From an uncultured Ruminococcus sp. (lineage in GTDB: Bacteria; Bacillota; Clostridia; Oscillospirales; Acutalibacteraceae): 59,335 nt of DNA. The number at the start of each line of letters is the position of its first letter. Position 1 is the first letter of the stretch. Positions 1 through 12,556 of the stretch are shown one piece after another. Both the position numbers and the translations under genes were made by a program. The notes beneath the pieces are model-generated. The model searched no databases. It was given only the letters and a program-made list of their open reading frames with translations, and had not been told where the DNA came from. The DNA lies in contig CALYYZ010000001.1 of assembly GCA_945607165.1 (NCBI GenBank), forward strand, positions 1 to 59,335, read 5' to 3'.

Positions 1-48
1 TATCTGCACTAACCCAACGAGCAACGCTCGTCGTCCTCATAACCCGAA

Positions 49-82
49 CAAAAAAGAAACACCGGTATTTACCGATGTCTTG
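49..82 (-). terminator. Intrinsic terminator after the partial tRNA copy
   Basis: Minus strand reads agacatcggta-aa-taccggtgttt followed by a T-tract. Confidence 0.7.
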
Positions 83-90
83 GGTTGGTT

Positions 91-127
<37 letters not shown>

Positions 128-213
128 CACTTTGTGCCCGTCGCCGTCGTGTGTCGTGATGCTTCGCTTCTCAAGCTCTGCTTGCATCACTCGCACTTTG
201 GGCGACACCGTTT

Positions 214-242
214 GATAAAACAGTCCACCGGACTGTTTTATC
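214..242. repeat. Perfect 13-bp-arm palindrome GATAAAACAGTCC-acc-GGACTGTTTTATC
   Basis: Read directly from the sequence. Confidence 0.9.
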
Positions 243-287
243 TGCACTAACCCAACGAGCAACGCTCGTCGTCCTCATAACCCGAAC

Positions 288-320
288 AAAAAATAAGCAC
301 CTGCAATATGCAAGTGCTTA
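288..320 (-). terminator. Intrinsic terminator of tRNA-fMet
   Basis: Minus strand taagcacttgca-tat-tgcaggtgctta followed by tttttt. Confidence 0.8.
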
Positions 321-323
321 GGT

Positions 324-400
<77 letters not shown>

Positions 401-432
401 ATATTTTTTGCCGTAATCACTACAGCCTCATA

Positions 433-461
433 ATTATATCACTGATATATCTGTATGTCAA
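433..461 (-). promoter_or_regulatory. sigmaA promoter for tRNA-fMet
   Basis: TTGACA-17 nt-TATAAT with extended TG on the minus strand. Confidence 0.85.
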
Positions 462-635
462 GTGTTTATTTTCATTTTTTATATTCCCGTATTAATCTAT
501 CAATATCAGTATGCTGATATCAGGTTTTGGCTGAGCATCTTACAATTATAATGTTTGGTATTGTATAAAGACAATAAATGCAGTTTTAGCTTAATAAAAT
601 CCTTAATAAAATAGAGTTTTGCCATAATAAAATCA

Positions 636-664
636 TTGCATTTTTTCTGAAAATAAGCTATAAT
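636..664 (+). promoter_or_regulatory. sigmaA promoter for dnaA
   Basis: TTGCAT-17 nt-TATAAT. Confidence 0.65.
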
Positions 665-746
665 TAGAAAGAATGATTATTACAGGATGGGTAATTATAC
701 GAAAAAATCAGCGTAGCGGTTTACGCTGTTGAGAGGAAGGTAAAAA

Positions 747-2069
747 ATGGATTCATTCGGAGACGCTTGGGAGATTATATGCTCATATTGCAAAACAAAA
801 ATTACCGATGTGGCATATAACACCTGGATAAGCAGAATAGAACCTCTTAATCTTGATTTTGAAAAAAATACGGCTTATCTTATGGTGCCAAACGATTTTC
901 ACAGACAAACTCTTACTCGCTGCTATGTTCCTCTGCTTGACGAGGCTTTTGAGGCTGTATTTGATAATAAATTTATTATAGAATTTAAAACACCCGATGA
1001 GATTGAAAAAAAAGAACCCGAAATTAAGAAGGCTGAGGAGGAAAAGGATACTAATTACGAATACACCTTCGACACCTTCATTGTCGGTTCCTCAAACAAA
1101 TTTGCCCACGCAGCCTGTCTGGCTGTTGCGACAAATCCTTCAAGGGCTTACAATCCTCTTTTTCTCTACGGAAATTCAGGTCTTGGAAAAACACATCTTC
1201 TGTATGCTATCGGCAACGAAATAAAGAAAAATGATCCGTCAAAGGTGATTTGCTACATAAAGGGTGATGATTTCACCAACGAGCTTATTGAATCGCTTCG
1301 CCTTGCAAAAATGGCTGATTTCAGACACAAGTACAGACAGGCTGATATCCTGCTTGTTGATGATGTTCAGTTTATCGGCGGAAAGGAAAGCACACAGGAG
1401 GAATTTTTCCACACCTTTAATGCACTTTACGACGCAAAAAAGCAGATTGTTCTGACCTCGGACCGTCCTCCGAAGGAAATTAAAACCCTTGACGACAGAC
1501 TGCGTTCACGCTTTGAACAGGATCTTATCGCCGATATTCAGCCGCCGGATATTGAAACAAGAATTGCAATCATTAAACGAAAAGCGGAGCTTGTTGACAT
1601 TGACCTTTCAAATGAGGTTTGCGAGTATATTGCTTCAAAGATAAAGGCGAATATCCGCCAGCTTGAGGGCACCGTTAAGAAGCTAAAGGCAAAGTCATAT
1701 ATAAATAACGAAAAAACTACAATATCTACCGTTCAGGAGGTCATCGCCGATATTCTTAACAACGATGTTCCGCCTGAGGTTACGGTTGAGCGCATTATTG
1801 ACGAGGTTGCACGAACCTACGGAGTTTCTGCCGAGGAAATCCGTTCACAGAAAAACCGCAGTGCAAATATCAGCAACGCCCGACACATTGCAATTTATCT
1901 TTCAAGAGAGCTTACAACTCTTTCAATGGTCGCAATCGGCGAGGAATTTGGCAAGCGTCATTATTCCACCATAATTTACACAATCCGAAAGGTAAATGAA
2001 ATGATGGAAAAGGACAGCAAGATAAAGGAGCTTATTGACGATACCATAAAGAATATAAGGGATCGTTAG
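747..2069 (+). CDS. dnaA: Chromosomal replication initiator DnaA
   Basis: YTFDTFIVG, YNPLFLYGNSGLGKTHLL (Walker A), LLVDDVQF, QEEFFHTFN, NIRQLEG; RBS gaggaagg. Confidence 0.98.
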   Translation: MDSFGDAWEIICSYCKTKITDVAYNTWISRIEPLNLDFEKNTAYLMVPNDFHRQTLTRCYVPLLDEAFEAVFDNKFIIEFKTPDEIEKKEPEIKKAEEEKDTNYEYTFDTFIVGSSNKFAHAACLAVATNPSRAYNPLFLYGNSGLGKTHLLYAIGNEIKKNDPSKVICYIKGDDFTNELIESLRLAKMADFRHKYRQADILLVDDVQFIGGKESTQEEFFHTFNALYDAKKQIVLTSDRPPKEIKTLDDRLRSRFEQDLIADIQPPDIETRIAIIKRKAELVDIDLSNEVCEYIASKIKANIRQLEGTVKKLKAKSYINNEKTTISTVQEVIADILNNDVPPEVTVERIIDEVARTYGVSAEEIRSQKNRSANISNARHIAIYLSRELTTLSMVAIGEEFGKRHYSTIIYTIRKVNEMMEKDSKIKELIDDTIKNIRDR

Positions 2070-2469
2070 ACCTTATTCCTTAAACTTTTTTATTTATAGT
2101 CATATACATTTTTCTAACACTGTGTTAATATTTTTTTCCACATATAAAATTAAGATATATCTGTAAAAATTTTATTATTCCAACAAATATTAACATAATT
2201 TTTTAATAGCCGACTGAAACAAAGCTGAAATTATTTTATTATTTTTCCTCTGTTTACAAATTTTTTACGGTTTAACATACATCAACATTGATTAAACATA
2301 AAATATCAGTAAATTTCCGGAAAAATTAACAATTATTGATTTACTTTCAATAGTGCTGTGTTGAGTGAAAAGTCAAGAGTACAAGCCGATTAAGGGTGCT
2401 TTTTCTATGTTTTAACACAGCCTACGACTACTACTGAAAAATAATAATAATTCATAGGAGAGTTAACAA
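2070..2469. other. oriC (dnaA-dnaN intergenic): AT-rich, degenerate DnaA boxes, DnaA-trio unwinding module
   Basis: TTTTCCACA at 2134-2142. TTTAACACA (2411-2419) is followed by GCC then TAC GAC TAC TAC (2423-2434), the layout of the B. subtilis basal unwinding system. Confidence 0.8.
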
Positions 2470-3576
2470 ATGAAAATCACTTGCTTCAGAACCGATCTTG
2501 CAAATGCAATTTCAAATGTTTCAAGAGCTGTGTCTAATAAGGCTTCAATCCCTGCTTTAGAGGGAGTTCTTATAAAAGCATACGGAAGCAGTATTAATAT
2601 TTCAGGATATAATCTTGAAATAGGAATTACAACAGACATTGAAGCTACCGTTTTGACAGAAGGAGAAATTGTGGTAAGCGCAAGACTCTTCCTTGATATT
2701 GTAAGAAAGCTTCCCGAAGAAATTGTGGAAATCGAAACCGACGAAAGAATGGTAACATATATCAGATGCGGAAAGGCAGATTATCAGATAGTGGGCATAT
2801 CATCTGTTGAATATCCCGACCTGCCATCATTTGAGCAAAAGGATTCGATCACTGTAAACGCAAAAATATTAAGAGATATGATTCGCCGCACAGTTTACGC
2901 AGTCAGCGAAAAAACAACTAAGCCTATATATACCGGCTCTTTATTTGAAATTGAGGATTCGGTTTTAAGGATAATTGCAGTTGACGGCTACAGAATTGCA
3001 ATGAGAAGCGAAAATGTTGACAGCGACAGTAAAAATAATTTTATTGTACCCGGAAAAACCCAAAACGAGGTGCTGAAGCTTTTGGTTGATGATGAGCAGG
3101 ATGTTCAGATTATCATAGGTCAAAGGCATATAGCGTTTAATGTTAATAAATACAAGGTAATTTCAAGGCTGATAGAGGGTATTTTTCTTGATTACAGAAC
3201 TGCTGTACCGAAGGAATCAAGAACAGAGCTTGTAATTAATACAAGGAGTATCATAGATTCGGTTGAGCGTATGTCATTGCTTAACAATGACAGGATTCAA
3301 AGTCCCGTAAAGTGCAAATTTGCGGACGATGAAATAAGGCTTTCCTGCACCTCAACTATGGGAAGAGCTAACGATATGATTTCAGCCGATATTATCGGTG
3401 AGAGCGTTGAAATAGGATTTAACACAAGATATTTGCTTGACGCCCTCAAAAATACTGATACCGACGAGATTAAGCTTGTGTTGAACGGATCTGTTTCTCC
3501 GATGATAGTAAAACCCGTAAAAGGCGACAGCTTTTTAAGCATTGTATTACCTATGAGGCTTTCAAATGAGAACTGA
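2470..3576 (+). CDS. dnaN: DNA polymerase III beta sliding clamp
   Basis: 368 aa; AVDGYRIA, SRLIEG, IGFNTRYLLDAL, VLPMR; follows dnaA. Confidence 0.97.
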   Translation: MKITCFRTDLANAISNVSRAVSNKASIPALEGVLIKAYGSSINISGYNLEIGITTDIEATVLTEGEIVVSARLFLDIVRKLPEEIVEIETDERMVTYIRCGKADYQIVGISSVEYPDLPSFEQKDSITVNAKILRDMIRRTVYAVSEKTTKPIYTGSLFEIEDSVLRIIAVDGYRIAMRSENVDSDSKNNFIVPGKTQNEVLKLLVDDEQDVQIIIGQRHIAFNVNKYKVISRLIEGIFLDYRTAVPKESRTELVINTRSIIDSVERMSLLNNDRIQSPVKCKFADDEIRLSCTSTMGRANDMISADIIGESVEIGFNTRYLLDALKNTDTDEIKLVLNGSVSPMIVKPVKGDSFLSIVLPMRLSNEN

Positions 3577-3778
3577 AATAATTAAGATTGAAACCGAATA
3601 CATAAAGCTTCAGGATTTGTTGAAGCTGGGCGGTGTTGTTGATACCGGCGGAGCTGCCAAGCTTGCGATTCAGGGCGGTCAGGTCAGCGTTAACGGCGAG
3701 CCTTGTACGATGAGAGGAAAAAAGATGAGAAGCGGTGATTATGCCGTTTTCAGAGATACAAAAATACAGGTTGAATAA
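3566..3778 (+). CDS. yaaA: S4-domain RNA-binding protein YaaA
   Basis: EYIKLQDLLK...TGGAAK...VNGE...RGKK; canonical position between dnaN and recF. Confidence 0.9.
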   Translation: MRTEIIKIETEYIKLQDLLKLGGVVDTGGAAKLAIQGGQVSVNGEPCTMRGKKMRSGDYAVFRDTKIQVE

Positions 3779-3887
3779 TTGGATTCCGATAAACCTCCGG
3801 ATATTTTTGAAGCGTTAATGAGGTTTCTTCGGCACAAAGGGCACTGATGGTTTTGTTGTTACTTATTAATTAATTCAAGGTAATTGT

Positions 3888-4988
3888 ATGAGAGTTGAAA
3901 GATTAAAATTAGAGAATTTCAGGAATATAAAAAGTCCGGAGTTTGTCCCCTGCGGTGATGTAAATATTCTGTACGGTGATAATGCTCAGGGAAAAACAAA
4001 TCTGCTTGAGGCAATCTGGCTTTTTTGCGGAGGACATTCATTTCGCAGAGCAAAGGACAGCGAATTGATTAATTGGGAAAAGAAATTTGCAAAAATAGAA
4101 ATGGATTTCTTTGGGCAGGAGAGAAGTCAGAATGCCCAAATTACCTTCAGCGGAAACAAAAAACAGGTTACGGTTAACGGAGTAGAAAAAAAATCAGCTG
4201 CTTCGCTGATTGAAAAATTTTGTGCCGTGGTATTTTTTCCGGAGCACCTTAATTTAATAAAAAGAGGTCCGTCTGAAAGAAGAAAGTTTATTGACAGCGC
4301 AATTTGCAGAGAAAAGCTTAAAAATGCAAGCATAATTTCAAAATACAACAGAATACTCCTTCAGAGAAACGCACTGCTCAAGGACCTTGAAAAAAAACCT
4401 TCTCTTGATGATGTTGTCTCGGTTTGGGATTTTCATTTGGCAAGCTGCGGAGCTTATATTATAAAAAAGAGAATGGAGTATGTTAAGCTTCTTTCAAAGC
4501 AGGCTGAGCTTTTTCATTACGGCATTTCAAACGGTACGGAAAAGCTTGAAATAAGATACATTCCCTGCGTTGCCGGAATTAAGGAAAATGACAGCTTAAA
4601 CGATATCGGAGATAAGCTTGTCGATAAATATGAAAGCTCAATTCTTGAAGATATGAAAACAAGAGTAACAAATTTCGGTCCTCACAGAGATGATATTGAA
4701 ATTCTGATAAACGGCAAAAACACGAGAATTTTCGGTTCACAGGGACAGCAAAGAAGTGCAGTTCTCTCTATGAAGCTTGCCGAAGCGTCTGTTTTGGAGG
4801 AAAAAATGGGAGAAAAGCCCGTAATACTCCTTGATGATGTTTTGTCCGAGCTTGACAACAGCCGTCAAAGCTTTCTTCTTAATAAGCTTGAGGGTTATCA
4901 GGTGTTTATTACCTGCTGTGAAAGCTCTGAAAAGGAACAGCCGGTAAACGGCAGGGTGTTCAAAATCAATGACGGGGTAATTGGCTGA
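3888..4988 (+). CDS. recF: DNA replication/repair protein RecF
   Basis: GDNAQGKTNLLEAI, GPHRDD, GSQGQQR, LLDDVLSELD. Confidence 0.97.
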   Translation: MRVERLKLENFRNIKSPEFVPCGDVNILYGDNAQGKTNLLEAIWLFCGGHSFRRAKDSELINWEKKFAKIEMDFFGQERSQNAQITFSGNKKQVTVNGVEKKSAASLIEKFCAVVFFPEHLNLIKRGPSERRKFIDSAICREKLKNASIISKYNRILLQRNALLKDLEKKPSLDDVVSVWDFHLASCGAYIIKKRMEYVKLLSKQAELFHYGISNGTEKLEIRYIPCVAGIKENDSLNDIGDKLVDKYESSILEDMKTRVTNFGPHRDDIEILINGKNTRIFGSQGQQRSAVLSMKLAEASVLEEKMGEKPVILLDDVLSELDNSRQSFLLNKLEGYQVFITCCESSEKEQPVNGRVFKINDGVIG

Positions 4989-5278
4989 TGTATATTCATT
5001 TGGGACAGGATACGGTTGTAAATGATGACAGCATTATTGCAATGTTTGATATTGACGCCTGCACGATATCAAAAAAAACAAGGGATTTTCTTGCACTTGC
5101 GGAAAAAGAGGGCAGAGTTGTCAATGTCTCCTATGAGCTGCCGAAATCCTTTGTGGTATCAAAAAAACAGGGGAAAACGCTGATATATATATCTCAGCTT
5201 TCCACAAAAACAATTATGCTCAGAACAAACAGATCGTCAAAAGCAAGGCTTGTTACAGAGGAAAATAACCTTAGCTGA
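4988..5278 (+). CDS. remB: DUF370/RemB (YaaB) family protein
   Basis: MYIHLG...PKSFVV...YISQLSTKTI; position after recF. Confidence 0.85.
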   Translation: MYIHLGQDTVVNDDSIIAMFDIDACTISKKTRDFLALAEKEGRVVNVSYELPKSFVVSKKQGKTLIYISQLSTKTIMLRTNRSSKARLVTEENNLS

Positions 5279-5317
5279 TTGTTGTGATCTGAGTTTTGTA
5301 AAAAAGGGAGAAATAAT

Positions 5318-6076
5318 ATGAAGAAACACAGATGTCCCTACTGTTCAAGAAGAATAACCTATTTTTCTGCTTATTCAAGCAGAAGAAAGGCTGAATATAT
5401 TTGCAGAAAGTGCGGAAAGGAAAGCAGAGTTGCAATAGACAAAAGAATTTATTTTGCCTTTTTTGCAGCTGTGGCAGTTTCTGTTTTGATTATGCTGCTT
5501 TGGATTCTTTTCGGACTTTGCGATAACTTATTGGGAGTATTTCTTGTTGCAATTCCTTTGGCTGTATTTTTTGCAGTCTCTCCGAATTTCTTAAGATTTG
5601 AGCCGTTAAAAAAATACCAAAAGTCTATGGAAGCAAAAAAAGCCGGAATAGAATATTCGGACAACCTGATTTCAAGCGAGCTTGACGAAGGTATAGCCGG
5701 CGGTGTTTCCTTTGATTCAGGCTCGGATTTTAAAATTGATTCGGATTTATTTAACAGCATAAAAACCGAGAGAAACTCCGCGAAAAAGAATATTGATGCT
5801 CAAGAGGAAATTATGTCTAATTCCGATGAGATAGGCAAAACAAAAATGTTTAATGCAAAAAAAGAGGATATGATTCCGATAATTGATAAGGTAAGGGAAA
5901 ATCACAGCGAGTCTGATACTCCTCTTAAAAAAATTCATTCCGATCAGCAGCATATGGCGAGAACCCGTCATCATTATGTCAGTTCCGACAGCGATTATTC
6001 CGGCGAAAATGAGAATAAGGCAGTTCAGGAGGAAAAGCCTGACGGAAATAAATATTCGGCAAACAGAAGGTTTTAA
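5318..6076 (+). CDS. Hypothetical membrane protein: N-terminal CxxC..CxxC Zn ribbon, 2 TM, charged/disordered tail
   Basis: CPYC...CRKC followed by two hydrophobic segments; RBS gggag. Confidence 0.75.
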   Translation: MKKHRCPYCSRRITYFSAYSSRRKAEYICRKCGKESRVAIDKRIYFAFFAAVAVSVLIMLLWILFGLCDNLLGVFLVAIPLAVFFAVSPNFLRFEPLKKYQKSMEAKKAGIEYSDNLISSELDEGIAGGVSFDSGSDFKIDSDLFNSIKTERNSAKKNIDAQEEIMSNSDEIGKTKMFNAKKEDMIPIIDKVRENHSESDTPLKKIHSDQQHMARTRHHYVSSDSDYSGENENKAVQEEKPDGNKYSANRRF

Positions 6077-6078
6077 TT

Positions 6079-6375
6079 ATGAAGAGCTTGCCCGTTTGTC
6101 CCCATTGCTCAACCGTATTCAGATACAGAGATATCCGCAAATTATTTTTTGCAAAAGGCTGTATTTGCTACGGCTGCCGAGAGCAGTTCAGGGTTTCAAG
6201 AAAAAAGGTTTATTTACTGTTTTTAGCTTCGGCACTGATAGCTGCAGCTTTGGACGCAGTCGAGCTGTTTTTTATGAAAAAAACGAGCTTTGCCTTTCTT
6301 ATGTCCACAAATATTGCAGTGCTCTTGACTGCGGTTATTATTTCTCCATACTTTATTGAATTTAAAAAACAGTAA
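6079..6375 (+). CDS. Small CxxC..CxxC Zn-ribbon two-TM membrane protein
   Basis: CPHC...CYGC then two hydrophobic segments; starts 2 nt after the upstream stop. Confidence 0.7.
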   Translation: MKSLPVCPHCSTVFRYRDIRKLFFAKGCICYGCREQFRVSRKKVYLLFLASALIAAALDAVELFFMKKTSFAFLMSTNIAVLLTAVIISPYFIEFKKQ

Positions 6376-8463
<2,088 letters not shown>

Positions 8464-8482
8464 TTTTTTCGGATAATATGAG

Positions 8483-8923
8483 GTGATTGGTATGCATTCA
8501 AGGACAAAGGTTAAGGTAAGATATGCCGAAACGGATAAAATGGGAATAGCTCACCATTCAAATTATCCTGTATGGTATGAAATCGGCAGGGGCGATTTTA
8601 TCAGGCTTTTTGACACAAGCTATGTTGAGCTGGAGCAGGCGGGAATAATGACTCCCCTGCGCAATCTCAGCTGTCATTTCAAGCTTCCGGCAAAATATGA
8701 CGACGAGCTGATTATACGCACATGGTGTATCTCTATGACTGCTGCGAGGATTGAATTTTCTTATTCTGTCAAAAGAATTAATCCGGACGGAAGCGAAACC
8801 GAGCTTGGCTACGGCACAACGGAGCACGGCTTTGTGGATTCAACAACCTTCCGACCCGTAAGCATAAAGAAGCGTTTGCCAAAGCTTTATGAAAAAATAA
8901 ATTCAAACATAAAGCATTTTTAA
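8483..8923 (+). CDS. Acyl-CoA thioesterase (YbgC/4HBT hotdog family)
   Basis: VRYAETDKMGIAHHSNY.VWYE.GR motif. Confidence 0.85.
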   Translation: MIGMHSRTKVKVRYAETDKMGIAHHSNYPVWYEIGRGDFIRLFDTSYVELEQAGIMTPLRNLSCHFKLPAKYDDELIIRTWCISMTAARIEFSYSVKRINPDGSETELGYGTTEHGFVDSTTFRPVSIKKRLPKLYEKINSNIKHF

Positions 8924-8951
8924 TGAGAGATACCCTAATACTAATACCTTA

Positions 8952-9009
8952 GGAAACACTGAGCCAAGCTGTGCAAACAGCTGTTAGTGTGATTTATTCA
9001 GTGTTTTCC
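8952..9009 (-). mobile_element. Internally deleted copy of the IS5-like MITE
   Basis: Ends GGAAACACTGA...GTGATTTATTCAGTGTTTTCC match the termini of the element at 53447-53619. Confidence 0.65.
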
Positions 9010-9034
9010 TTACATAAATTAAAGAGGTAAGCAT

Positions 9035-11569
9035 ATGAACAACGAACAAATGAATGAATCAAAAATTGTGGATGTTGACCTGCAAAACGAAATGCGAAAG
9101 AGCTTTTTGGACTACTCAATGAGCGTTATTGTGTCCAGAGCCTTACCTGATGTTCGTGACGGACTGAAGCCCGTTCACAGGAGAATACTTTACACAATGT
9201 ATGAAAAAGGTCTTGAGCCGTCAAAGCCTTACCACAAATGTGCTGATACAGTCGGATCTGTGCTCGGCGCATATCACCCTCACGGCGATGCGTCCGTATA
9301 TGACGCAATGGTAAGACTTGCTCAGGATTTTTCAATGAGATATATGCTTGTTGACGGCCACGGCAACTTTGGTTCGGTTGACGGAGATCCGCCTGCTGCT
9401 TACCGTTATACAGAAGCAAGAATGAGCAAAATCTCTCTTGATATGCTCACCGATATTGACAAGGACACAGTAGATTTTGCTCCGAACTATGACGACAGAC
9501 TCAAGGAGCCTGTTGTGCTGCCGAGCCGTTTTCCGAATCTGCTTGTAAACGGTTCTGACGGAATAGCCGTAGGTATGGCTACAAAAATTCCGCCTCACAA
9601 CCTCGGCGAAACAATAGACGCAGTCTGCGCTCTTATCGACAATCCCGATATTGAGGTTGCCGAGCTTATGGATTGTATGCCCGGCCCCGACTTCCCGACA
9701 GGCGGAATAATTATGGGCAGAAGCGGTATAAGAGCCGCCTATGCTACGGGTAAGGGTAAAATTACCGTTCGTGCAAAGACAGAAATTGTTGAAGCAAAGA
9801 ACGGCAGATTTAAAATTATTGTTTCACAGCTTCCCTATCAGGTCAACAAGGCAAGACTGATAAAGCATATTGCCGACCTTGTAAAGGATAAAAAGATTGA
9901 GGGAATTTCAAACATTGAGGATCACTCCGACCGCAAGGGTATGCATATTGAGATTGATGTAAAGCGTGACGCCTCGCCTCAGATTGTTTTAAATCAGCTT
10001 TTTTCATACACTCAGCTTCAGGATACCTTCGGTGCAATATTGTTAGCCATTGTTGACGGCGAGCCTAAAATTCTTACACTCAAGGATATGCTCCGCTGTT
10101 ATCTTGATTTTCAGGAGGAGGTTATCCGCCGCCGTACAAGCTTTGACCTTAAAAAGGCTCAGGACAGGGTTCATATTCTTGAGGGCTTGAAGATAGCCAT
10201 AGATTTCATAGACGAGGTTATTGCAATTATCAGAGCCAGCAAGGATTTGCCCGGCGCAAGAACAGCTCTTATGGAGCGTTTCGGTCTTGACGAGGTACAG
10301 GCACAGGCTATCGTGCAAATGCGTCTCGGTCAGCTCACAAATATGGAGCGACACAAGATTGAGGATGAAATTGAAGCTCTTCGTGCAAAAATAAAGGATT
10401 TTCTCGAAATTCTTGCAAGCGAATCAAGACAGCTTGAAATTGTAAGAGAAGAGCTTATCGCAATCAGAAATAAATATGCCGACCCCAGAAGAACAGAGAT
10501 TTGTGCCATAAGCGGTGAGGTTGATATTGAGGATTTGATTCCTAACGAGGAATGTGTGCTGACGCTCACCCGCTTCGGCTATGTAAAAAGACTTTCGGTT
10601 GATACATACAAGCTTCAGCGCAGAGGCGGCAGAGGTGTAGCCGGAATGTCAAGGAGAGAAGAAGATGTTGCAACGGAAATGTTCATCATCAACTCTCACG
10701 ATTATGTTCTGTTCTTTACCGATAAGGGCAGAGTATACAGATTGAAATGCTACGAGGTACCCGAAGGCTCTCGTCAAGCGAAGGGTATCAATATTGCAAA
10801 TATTCTTCCTATTTCTCCCGATGAAAAGGTTACTTCAATGATAAGAGTTCCCGAATTTGACGAGGAAAAGTATCTTATTATGGTGACCAGGCAGGGAATT
10901 ATTAAGCGTATTGCACTCAATGCTTATAATACCGCCCGCAAGGGAGGCTTGATTGCCCTTGAGCTTAACGAGGGAGACGAGCTTGCTTGGGTAAGAATGA
11001 CTGACGGCAGACAGCAGGTTATAATAGCAACCAAAAAGGGTATGGCTATCCGCTTTGATGAAAACGATGTCCGTCCTATGGGCAGACTTGCAAGAGGAGT
11101 AAAGGCTATGAAGCTTGCCGAGGGCGACGAGGTCGTTGGAATGAGTGTTGTGCGTGAGGGTGGCCTTGTGCTCACTGTTTCCGAAACAGGCTACGGCAGA
11201 CTTTCAAGCCCCGACGATTACCGTGTTCAGAGCAGAGGCGGAAAGGGACTCACCAATTATCATACCGAAAAATACGGCGATGTCGCCGCTATCAAGGTTG
11301 TTGACCTTGACGATGATGTTATCATTATCTCCCGTGACGGAATCATAATCAGAATTGCGGCAGAGTCAATCAGACTGTGCTCACGCCCCTCAAAGGGTGT
11401 AACCGTTATGAGGGTAGCAAATGATGACAAGGTAGTAACCCTTGCAAGAGCACCCCACGAGAATGATGATGAAAGCACAGAGTCCTCCGACGAGATGAAC
11501 AGCGAGGGCGAAAAAACCAATGCCGACGCTCAGACAACAGAGAACGGCAGTGAAGCGACTGCTCAATAA
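9035..11569 (+). CDS. gyrA: DNA gyrase subunit A
   Basis: [31 protein letters not shown] (catalytic Tyr), GyrA box QRRGGRG, acidic tail. Confidence 0.98.
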   Translation: MNNEQMNESKIVDVDLQNEMRKSFLDYSMSVIVSRALPDVRDGLKPVHRRILYTMYEKGLEPSKPYHKCADTVGSVLGAYHPHGDASVYDAMVRLAQDFSMRYMLVDGHGNFGSVDGDPPAAYRYTEARMSKISLDMLTDIDKDTVDFAPNYDDRLKEPVVLPSRFPNLLVNGSDGIAVGMATKIPPHNLGETIDAVCALIDNPDIEVAELMDCMPGPDFPTGGIIMGRSGIRAAYATGKGKITVRAKTEIVEAKNGRFKIIVSQLPYQVNKARLIKHIADLVKDKKIEGISNIEDHSDRKGMHIEIDVKRDASPQIVLNQLFSYTQLQDTFGAILLAIVDGEPKILTLKDMLRCYLDFQEEVIRRRTSFDLKKAQDRVHILEGLKIAIDFIDEVIAIIRASKDLPGARTALMERFGLDEVQAQAIVQMRLGQLTNMERHKIEDEIEALRAKIKDFLEILASESRQLEIVREELIAIRNKYADPRRTEICAISGEVDIEDLIPNEECVLTLTRFGYVKRLSVDTYKLQRRGGRGVAGMSRREEDVATEMFIINSHDYVLFFTDKGRVYRLKCYEVPEGSRQAKGINIANILPISPDEKVTSMIRVPEFDEEKYLIMVTRQGIIKRIALNAYNTARKGGLIALELNEGDELAWVRMTDGRQQVIIATKKGMAIRFDENDVRPMGRLARGVKAMKLAEGDEVVGMSVVREGGLVLTVSETGYGRLSSPDDYRVQSRGGKGLTNYHTEKYGDVAAIKVVDLDDDVIIISRDGIIIRIAAESIRLCSRPSKGVTVMRVANDDKVVTLARAPHENDDESTESSDEMNSEGEKTNADAQTTENGSEATAQ

Positions 11570-11585
11570 TTTTTATGAAGCTTGA

Positions 11586-11622
11586 AAAATTGCGGCTTGG
11601 GTATCAGCTCTGCCGCAATTTT
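11586..11622 (+). terminator. Hairpin terminator after gyrA
   Basis: aaaattgcggc...gccgcaatttt. Confidence 0.6.
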
Positions 11623-11645
11623 CAGTATTAGGCAGAGGTGATATT

Positions 11646-12386
11646 GTGAAAAAACTACCGATTCTTTTTATTTCAATTTTGCTTTGTGTTTGCTTTGCAG
11701 GCTGCGGTGAGGATAAAGGCGAGCTAAAGGTTGACCGACCTCAGAAGATTTCCACAGGAGACGAGATTCTGCCGGCAAAAAATCTGAAATCCGTGGAGGA
11801 AAGCCCTAATGTAAACGGTCTGCGGTTTACACAAACTCTTGATGAATTTACCGACAAATACAATGAGATTTCAAATACTGTCGGCGGTGTCGGCATACTG
11901 TCAAAGGACGGCTGGAAGAAAAACGGCGGCGAAATCAAGGATAACAACGGAATAAAAATGCAGTATTATTACTATGACGATGATAAATCAAATTTTACGG
12001 CAACCGTTGAGCTTGAAAGCGGAAGGCTTGTAAATGTCGGCTGTGCAACAACAATGAATAATTTTGTTGCCGAGAGCGACGGAATAAAAAACAGCGATAT
12101 TATTCTAAAGAAAAGTGCGGTAATGGCTCAGGCTGTGTGTCAGTTTCCTCAGGGAAGCACTCAGATGCTTCAAAATATATTCTATGTGACAACCTTTGAA
12201 AATACAAAGGAGCTTAGGTATCAGGGCTTCATCTTTTCTCTGGAGCTTTCCGAGGACAAAAACGACAGCACAAAAAGTCTTATGCAGCTGAGAGTTTTCC
12301 CTGTTACCGATGAAAAATGCAAGGATTGGAATATCACCGACTACGAAGAATATCTTGATAAAACCAAGGCTTCAAGGACGGAGTAA
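11646..12386 (+). CDS. Hypothetical lipoprotein
   Basis: MKK + hydrophobic stretch + lipobox FAGC; RBS gaggtg. Confidence 0.75.
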   Translation: MKKLPILFISILLCVCFAGCGEDKGELKVDRPQKISTGDEILPAKNLKSVEESPNVNGLRFTQTLDEFTDKYNEISNTVGGVGILSKDGWKKNGGEIKDNNGIKMQYYYYDDDKSNFTATVELESGRLVNVGCATTMNNFVAESDGIKNSDIILKKSAVMAQAVCQFPQGSTQMLQNIFYVTTFENTKELRYQGFIFSLELSEDKNDSTKSLMQLRVFPVTDEKCKDWNITDYEEYLDKTKASRTE

Positions 12387-12491
12387 ATTTAAAAAAACAA
12401 AAATAGCTTGTGAGTATATGAGAGTATATAAGAGAATATAACAGAATATTAAAGCTTGCTCGAAGGTAAATTAATTTTTTTGAAAAAAGTG

Positions 12492-12520
12492 TTGACTTTA
12501 GCAAAAATATATACTATAAT
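12492..12520 (+). promoter_or_regulatory. sigmaA promoter for rplM-rpsI
   Basis: TTGACT-17 nt-TATAAT. Confidence 0.8.
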
Positions 12521-12556
12521 CATATCTGCACGAAAAAAGTACAGGAGGAAATTGTT

